A stretch of 64,000 nucleotides of DNA, from assembly GCA_002269645.1 (NCBI GenBank), contig NIVC01000445.1, forward strand, positions 534,518 through 598,517, given 5' to 3'. The stretch comes from Macrostomum lignano (Eukaryota). The translations under genes were made by a program, and so were the position numbers. Shown here piece after piece: positions 56,701 to 64,000 of the stretch; positions within the stretch are counted from its first letter, which is position 1; each line of letters starts with the position of its first letter. The notes below the pieces were generated by a model. The model did no database searches, was not told the origin of the DNA, and worked only from the letters and a program-made list of their open reading frames with translations.

Positions 56701-59700
56701 GACCTTGGAAAAGAATCTAGGGAGATCTTGGGACCAATCTAGGGAGATCTTGGGACCAATCTAGAGAGAAATCTTGGGAACAATCTAGGGAGATCTTGGG
56801 GAAGAATCTATTGAGATCTTGGGAACAATCTATGGATATCTTGGGACCAATCTCGGGAGATCTTGGGAACAATCTATGGAGATCTTGGGGAAGAATCTAG
56901 GGAGATCTTGTGAACAATCTATGGAGATCTCGGGACCAATCTACGCTCATTGGAATTGATCTGGGGGCAGTCAATGCAGGAATATCTCGGGGAGCAATAG
57001 AGCATTATTGGGGGATCTACTCTTGGGGAGAATTTTTGGGGTCTCGGACATCTCTTTAGGGGGGCAGTCAAGAGGCACAGTCTCAGTCTTGCAGATTGTT
57101 TCTAATAAATGAATTATAAACAGGACAAAGGGCTCTTTGTCTGTTTTATGAATGTTTATCGAACTCTTAACTATGCCGCATATCATGTTTGTCCCTGATT
57201 CGGCCCCCTGTGTCCAGGGCCGCGCCCGAGCCAGCCAGCATCTACTATAAGGCGGTTGTACTTACGCGTGGCATACTCTGTATGACTTGGCGCAATGCGC
57301 TAGCTCGAATGCATCGCATTGTATGCAGAAGACTCGGGTCATTTTTTTACCCTCTATACTAAACTATAGCTAGCCTATTGTGCCGAAAAATTCTATAAGG
57401 TTCTTCTTTACACCCGTCACCCACTCAGCAGTGACCCCCTGGTCTGCCTGAGGCAGCACTGTACACATTGTGTACCCGACAGAGTAAATGCCCCACAATA
57501 CTCCAGTTCCTTTTCTCAAGTATTGCATTCATTTTATGCCCTTCGCCTAGTCTTACCGCTCTCTGTTCTCGATTAAAGAGCTCAGGTATAGTTGAGCTGT
57601 TGCAGGCGGGAGCAGGTTTAGCTGGCCGTTCGCTCCTCTCCTCTGTCTCTCTCTCTCTTATATACTTATATATAAACTTACTTTGTATTGTAATGCTGCG
57701 ACTGCTGCCAACTAACATGCTTAAACAACAATGGCGGCCCACCCATGTTGGAGAGTCGCCTCGTTGCTGCAGGGTAAACAATAGATCACCTTGAGTCCAT
57801 GCGTATCTGCCTGCCTGTCTTCTATATGTCTTAGATGGGATATAAGCTTCTATTACTTGCCCGATTGCTTTTTTACAGGCACCGATTCAGACTGTATGAA
57901 TAGGGGTAGCTCAGAAGGGTCCAGTTCGCACACAGGTATAACAGAGAAAATAATAGGGTGAATAAGCAGGCAGGTGGTAAGAGACCACAGGGCCACACCA
58001 AAAATACGGTAATGGCGTTTGCCACTTAATTCATGAGAGCACCAAACCAGGTCTCTCTCTCTATTCAGTTTCTATTCTCAATAACTAAACCGACAGTAAG
58101 AGAGGCAGAGATAAATAGCGATAGACACACACGGTGCGTACAACAGTTCCTAAAGCTTTGAGTTCAAAGCTCCCCCAAAAACCAGCCTTGGCAACTCCAG
58201 GCTGTCTCTACTACTCTGCATTTCTTAACTGTGTGTGCATTTTTTCTGCATATCAGAAGAAGCAGAGACACAGAGACAGAGAGAGGGTTTGTGGCGCATC
58301 TGATAGCGGAGCCAAGCTAAAAAAACAGGACTCAAAACATTTGATAACGCTAACCGTTTGATCCTTTGTTGAGGCTTTTTTAAATGGCCTCTTATCAGGC
58401 AGTAGTAGTAGCTTCAGTGGAGAGCTCGTCACGATACAAGAGAATTCAAAACCTGCATGCTCAACTGACGACAATGATGTTGCTATGCATAGAAGACCGA
58501 GTGCCAAAATGCCTAATTAATAATCTGAATTCGGTAAGGTGTGGATGCGAGATAAAGAGCAAAGACTTGAATGAGGGAAGCTGAGTCAGCGCCTCATCAT
58601 TCTTCGGGGATTATAGCTGACCTCGCACAGGTTGCTTGCTGACGGGGTTAAAAAGGGGTCGAAAATCCTCAGTGTAATCGCTGAACTGGAAAATCGGGCT
58701 TATTTATCTTACCAGAAAAAGCGGTTCTTCGGGTCAACGGATGCGCGCGCTGGCCGCTAGTATTAACAAATATGTGTCTTCTAAAAACTTTTTTTTCCGA
58801 TACAAAGACCTCAGATCTATAGATATTTTATTTGTCATTAGATATGACTTCAACTCCATTTTGGCTTCGTTGCAAACCTCAAAGAACTCGAGAACTTCAC
58901 CGACGATGTTCACCGACGATAAGCGTCGACGTAGTTGACACGGTGCAGAAAGACGTCTCGGAAATCGTGGGAACGCCATGACTTCGTTCCCCCTCTCGTA
59001 GTTGGTTTGGTATTAGGAAGCCCCACTCAGTTGTTCCGCTATTGACAAATCCAGATTACAGATCGGGGAAAGACTCAATACTTACATATTAGCTAATTAA
59101 TCCATTTGTCAACACCGGACAATGGTTGTAATCCCACTACTCAGAAAATTGAATTGGGTTTCCTCGCTGCAGCGTGAAAAGTTGGTTAGCAAATAGAATG
59201 GCAAAAATCGGTTCTCAATCACTATGCAAACATCGAATCGAATCCCTCCTCCTGGGGGTCCAGGTGTCCCAGGTCGCACAGAGTTGTACACAAATGGATT
59301 TCGATGAGACACTGAGTCACATCAACTGACTTGAATATATCACACTCACACACGCACCGACAGCGTGAGGGGAGGGGTGTAAGAAGGGGGGCAGGGAGAC
59401 CCGCAGACGGTCTTCAGTTTCTGATTGCGCAATCGGCTATATCAATCAGTCAGTCCAGTCCAGGCCATACCAGCCCGCATATACCGCCACTTTTTTGTCG
59501 GGTTTCGTCCTGCTGCGCAGTGGACATATACGCTCGTATGTGTATGGAAAATGCATCCGGCTGGAACTCCGCGACGCGGTTGGCCACTCCATGCAGTCCA
59601 TCGGTGAGTCTGCAATTCTGGGCTTGAAGCCCCGCGCTGGCGTCGACTACTTGTTCCTCCCGAGGGGGAGCCGAGTCATAGGAAGCGTTATCACCTACCA

Positions 59701-62001
59701 GATTCGGTTCCGAAATCCCCTCGGGGCTAATGCCTAGATTAGACCCTGCTAATCCCGCAAGGTGCGATTAAAATCAGTAGCTATAATCATTCGTTCCTCG
59801 AGCCTACGAGACTATCATCCATCGTCTTAATAAATCTCTTTGACACCAGATAGATCCGTCTGTGATGGTGTTGGTTTCTAATAAAGACTTTTTGCTAAGG
59901 TCTTTGTTCGTTGTTTTTAGGGCTATAGCAGGATTTCAAACAGTCTGAAAGCATTCAATCTCCCACATCCTAAGCCGGCGATCATGGATGATGTAATCCG
60001 GCAATGACCAAGCCTGTGCTGGCCTACTGAGATTTCACACGCAGCCCCGACATTGCCTCATTAAATATTCATTCTCTGTTGCCCAACTGATTGATGCGGA
60101 CCTGCTGCTGCTGGGTGTCCAGCTTGCAATCTACATGTCTCTCGTTTTCACTTCCATATGGTCAGCTTTTGGGTGGAATTTGGCTATCGATTTGATAGAG
60201 GTGACCGGTTTCATTAGACGACTTAAGTAGAGCTGAATTTTTTGAAGACCCGTTTCCTACTGAAGTCGTCCTTGGACAGACAATTGACGTACATCTCAAG
60301 GTAGAGAATGAGCTTACATTGCAGGATATAGAATAAAAGATAGATACCGACAAACCATTTTTAATATATTGGAAGTACATTGCATTTAGAGTAAATAATG
60401 TAGCTCGTATATACATGTAAGGACGTACATAAAGGACGTCTACCTAAATTCTGCGGCGTCCACCATACCACCACACTCGGTAATCTAAAAGCCACATCAC
60501 CTGCGATTTACCTCCCGCAGAAGCGGTCTGGAGCTCCGACTTGGACTTCGCCATTCGACCAACCGTCCGGTCTAGCAACCCCGTCTCTGGCGAGGCGTTC
60601 AACCTGGCTCTGGCGCTCTCCATCCTGCTCATTCGGTATCCGACCGTGTTCTGGTACACCAATCGGCTCTTTGCCTTCCTGCTGTCCATGGTCCTCTGCG
60701 TCGCCAGCCTGCACGTCCTGTTGGCTTACGAAGCCTCCTCGGTCCTCTACAAAGCCGCAGTTGTCGAGCCCGCAATCGCCGCCCAGGTCGGCCTGGCGCC
60801 AGCCGCCGTCCTGGGCCTCCTGACGGCTGGCGACCTGCTGCTGTTGATATCGGCTACTGCCTACTTCGAGTTCGGCTACGCCCAGGTCCTAGCCAGCCTG
60901 CGCAGGTATCGGCACCTGCTGATTGCCGAGTCCGCCTCCAGCTGCTGCGGCAGCGACAGATCCTACAGCAGTTGCGCAGCCGCGGCTGCTACCGCCGACG
61001 CCGGACCCTGCTGGCTGACGCACGCGCCGCACCTGTCAGGCGGCCTGCTAACCCTAGCGGCCGTGCTGTGCAAGGCGCCGCTAGTCTGGGCCTGGATCTC
61101 CGTCTACCGAACCAGCCGCCACCCGCTGCTGCTGCTGGCCACCGTCTCCGCCGTTGCCTACGCCGCCGTCTGGTTGGCCGTCTGGCTGGCCTTGTGCCTG
61201 CGCTCGCGCTGGCGGTTCCGGGTTCGACTCGACTCCGGTGGCGGCGGCGGCGGAGGCAGAGGAGGCGTTTATCCGATGCGGCAGGCGACCGGCCAGGGCG
61301 CCGGTTCGAAGCGCGGCTCCCACGGGGGCTCGCAGCTGTCTGACTCGGAGGCCGTCAGCCAGAACAACCAGTACATGTACATGCAGCGGCTGGCCGACTG
61401 TCAGGCCGGCCTCATCCCGACTATCTCAGAGCAGGTCGACAACGTCAGCGAAGGCTCCTACAGCGGCGTCGGTAACGGAGGCGGCGGAAACGGCAGCAGC
61501 CACGGCGGCACTCTGGACCGCGACAGGCAGAGCGGCTTGGTAAAGTACCAGGTCCGGCGGAACTCGGCCCAGATTGCCGGCAGCCAGGCGGGCAGCCTGC
61601 GGCGCGGGCCCGACCGTGTAACCTTCAAGGATCCGCACCATCAGGAGCTGCAGCAGCAGCAGCAGCAGCAACAGCAACAGCAACAACAGCAGCCCAGCTC
61701 GCCAGGCTCGAGTCAGAACACTTCCTCAGACAGCGGAGTCGGCGGGCACCATCATCATCACCATCATCAGCACTGCGGCGGCGTGCCGGACGAATATGCC
61801 CAGGTAGCCAAGGCTGCCCGACAGTGCAGCTTCGACGAGTACCAGATGTACGCCGACGCCCGCCTGGCTGGCGAGTTCTTCCAGGAGCCGCCGTACGTTT
61901 CGCACGCCGATTTGTACAGCCGCGTTCCCCCCGTGCTGCCGCCGCCGCCGACCACCGGAGCGGCGGAATTGAGGCGTCGGCAACGGCCGGACCAGCCATG
62001 A
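50795..62001 (+). CDS. tinc: Tincar-like multipass membrane protein: join(50795..51290,60521..62001), 658 aa as written; probably extends to 62381
   Basis: WRIWYAVLVVLLQ, RTGNYAEDGVSLG, LPA|EAVWSSDLDF, GEAFNLALALSILLIRYPTVFWYTNR resemble my recollection of Drosophila tincar motifs (WSIWYG, VGNLANDG, IWRTELDF, IRYPAVFW). Several hydrophobic helices then a long low-complexity tail. Donor GTGAGT 51291 and acceptor ccgcag 60520 are both phase 1. Confidence 0.78.
53110..53995. repeat. Pyrimidine-rich about 19-bp minisatellite (ctcttctctctcctgtctt)n
   Basis: Almost pure C/T on +; in the tincar intron. Confidence 0.95.
53998..54072 (-). mobile_element. Single hAT (Charlie-like) terminal fragment
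   Basis: Reverse complement reads CAGGGGTCTCCAAACGTTTTTACCTCAAGGGCCAGAT...GCGGGCCAG, the style of hAT non-autonomous termini; the partner TIR was not found. Confidence 0.5.
54395..55505. repeat. 35-bp minisatellite (agacacaatctaccattgtcaaactctccaaccac)n
   Basis: About 31 copies. Confidence 0.96.
56110..56945. repeat. About 22-bp degenerate minisatellite (ggaacaatctagggagatcttg)n
   Basis: 21-23-bp units with a block duplicated at about 56290 and about 56580. Confidence 0.9.
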
Positions 62002-64000
62002 TGGCCGCGTCAGCCTCATCGGCGGTGGTCGGTTACATTGGCACCGGCGGGGTGAGCACCTTCGGCAGGTCAACCGGCGCCACCCTCGTCGTTGGCAGCC
62101 GTCAAGACGGGGAGCGCGTGCCGGACATCCTCATCAACCGGAGCCCCTACGGCAGCCTGGCCCGGTCCAAGCCGACGCCGGCCGCCGGCGGAGTCGCCTC
62201 GGCGGCCGCTTCGATGGCCGCCGCCGCCGCCGCGGCCCGCCAGCTTGGCGCCGTCGGTGACCTGCACCAGCATGGCGGCTCATTCGGCTCGCTGCCGCCG
62301 CCGCGCCTGAGCTCGACAATCAGCCGCAGCACGTGGACGGACTGTGCAGCCAGGTGTGAGTGCGACGACAGTCGAGTTTAGCTGAAATCGGCCTTCAAAT
62401 TTTGATTGGCTCAGTCAGTTTTAGGATTGAAAGGGTAATAGGTTTTTAAAATCACCAGAAAAAAACAATATTGAAGGCTGATTACAAATTGATCATTTCT
62501 AAAATTTAAAACCTCTTTTTTGATGTAGTTGTAACAAATAGTAACAAATAGTAATGGAATTCGGCGAAATATGAGTGCATAATTCAGACTAAGTATAGTT
62601 ACGAAATATAGAATATTACCAGATATACTCAAGTCCTCTTGTATTAATTAAAAATAATAAGAAATAGATTTTTGCACTAAAACCTGCAATCCTTAATGAC
62701 TTTATTTTCAATGCGCGGTCAGCATCTAACTACCCTTTAGTCCAAAATTTCTGTCAGAAATCTCATAATCGTTATAAGTTATAACAAAGTATATGCGTGG
62801 TGTTGATCTGTTTCATAAAACAACTTGCAGAGTTTTTATTATATTAAACATTTTAATACATATTAAGAAAATGTCGTTTGATTTATACATGCGCGTCAGG
62901 CGCTGATAATTTAATTTATTTAGTTATTACAAGTTTTCACAACCAATTACTACATGTGCCTACCTCCAGTCTTTCATTAAATTTGTCTCCTACCCACACA
63001 TGCGCGCTGGTTCTCAAGAACGAAGAACAACATTAACATATATATAAACAAAGCAAATGTCGCATGAGCTAAAAAATTGTATAAAAATTAAATCCTTATA
63101 TTATTCACAAAAACTGTCATTTGTGTACACTATAGGCGATCAGTTTGTACACCTTATTCTTCTGTAATTAGTTTTAAATTCATACTACAATACTATAGCT
63201 ACGCTAAATGTATCATTTTTCTTCCTTATATAGCGAGTCTGAATCCATAGCAATTTTAATCCTAGTTTTTGTCATTAATAACTTTTAAACTTGAATTTAC
63301 TGAGGCTGGAATATAACTTTAATTACCACGTACTTTTGTTTGTACAAACACACTTGCTTTGTTATTTACTTAGTTAAACAAAAATATATTCTTTGTTTTG
63401 CTTAAACTCGGAACGTTTATTGTTTGAATGAACTGTAAAATCGCGCGATCTTTTAATAGAAATAGAACTTTTCTATTCTATTGACAAATAATTTGCCTTC
63501 TTTTTTTTATTCTGAAGTCGGATTACATTTAAATTCATTATACGATAAAAAGAATACATCGATCACACCGATCGAAGAAACTAGAACCGTGTTTCCTTCT
63601 TTGCTGCATGCAAAAATTGCGACACTTTTCTGGGCTGGCTGCGACCCTGCAGAACCACCGCGTTAGGCGCGGGTGTCGAACATCGCAGCGATTCGAAAGA
63701 AATGTCAACTAAAATAGGAGTATTTTAGCCGTAGCTACAGCAAAACGGCAGAGAGATAGGGAAGAGACGAAAGCCAGCTGCCCCCCCAATCTTCTTTGTT
63801 TTCTTTCGATTTGCAATCTTTTTTCAGTCTGTCTGTCTATGCTTTTCTCCATTCGCGTCTTTTTGCACCGTAACTGCAGCTGGGGCGACATAAATTTATA
63901 CTTCTTTAGCCTCGGAGGTGTTGGCAGCATGTACTTCTGCCTAAAACGCTTTCTTCAACCTTAGATTTACACTGTGGCGCAGCTGTTCGGTCGCGAAAAA

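Noticed and set aside
59470-59540. Hammerhead ribozyme (minus strand gtcc...ggacgaaac)
   Set aside because: A stem II and GAAA are present but the CUGANGA core is absent.

Overview
Eukaryotic (metazoan) genomic DNA: GC-rich spliced exons, AT-rich introns, and about 23-24 kb (about 37%, my rough sum) of tandem arrays. The style suggests a free-living flatworm such as Macrostomum; this is inference and was not tested. I assembled five protein-coding genes by hand from GT-AG boundaries with consistent phases: (1) AGAP/centaurin-gamma ArfGAP (+, 215-6229); (2) D-type cyclin (+, 14745-17539); (3) ASPP-family ankyrin-SH3 protein (-, 21146-26819); (4) NMNAT (-, 43130-48117, with a probable longer isoform reaching about 40431); (5) a tincar-like multipass membrane protein (+, 50795-62001, probably to 62381). 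A full-length BEL/Pao LTR retrotransposon (7510-13905) has identical 256-bp LTRs, a 5-bp TSD, PBS and PPT. It sits 840 bp upstream of the cyclin and its pol is frameshifted by a 17-nt insertion. Also present: a tRNA-derived CORE-type SINE, two other tRNA-like heads, a foldback MITE, a lone hAT-like end, and about 24 different mini/microsatellites, many of them private to one intron. Most interesting leads: a stop codon overlapping a splice donor that could switch the NMNAT C-terminus; an intron array that appears amplified from its own 5' splice site; SINE-like heads running straight into satellites; and a -1 frame extension of tincar ending in a PDZ-type motif. Most long ORFs in the supplied track are artefacts of repeats. 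No CRISPR array, rRNA or intact tRNA gene is supported.
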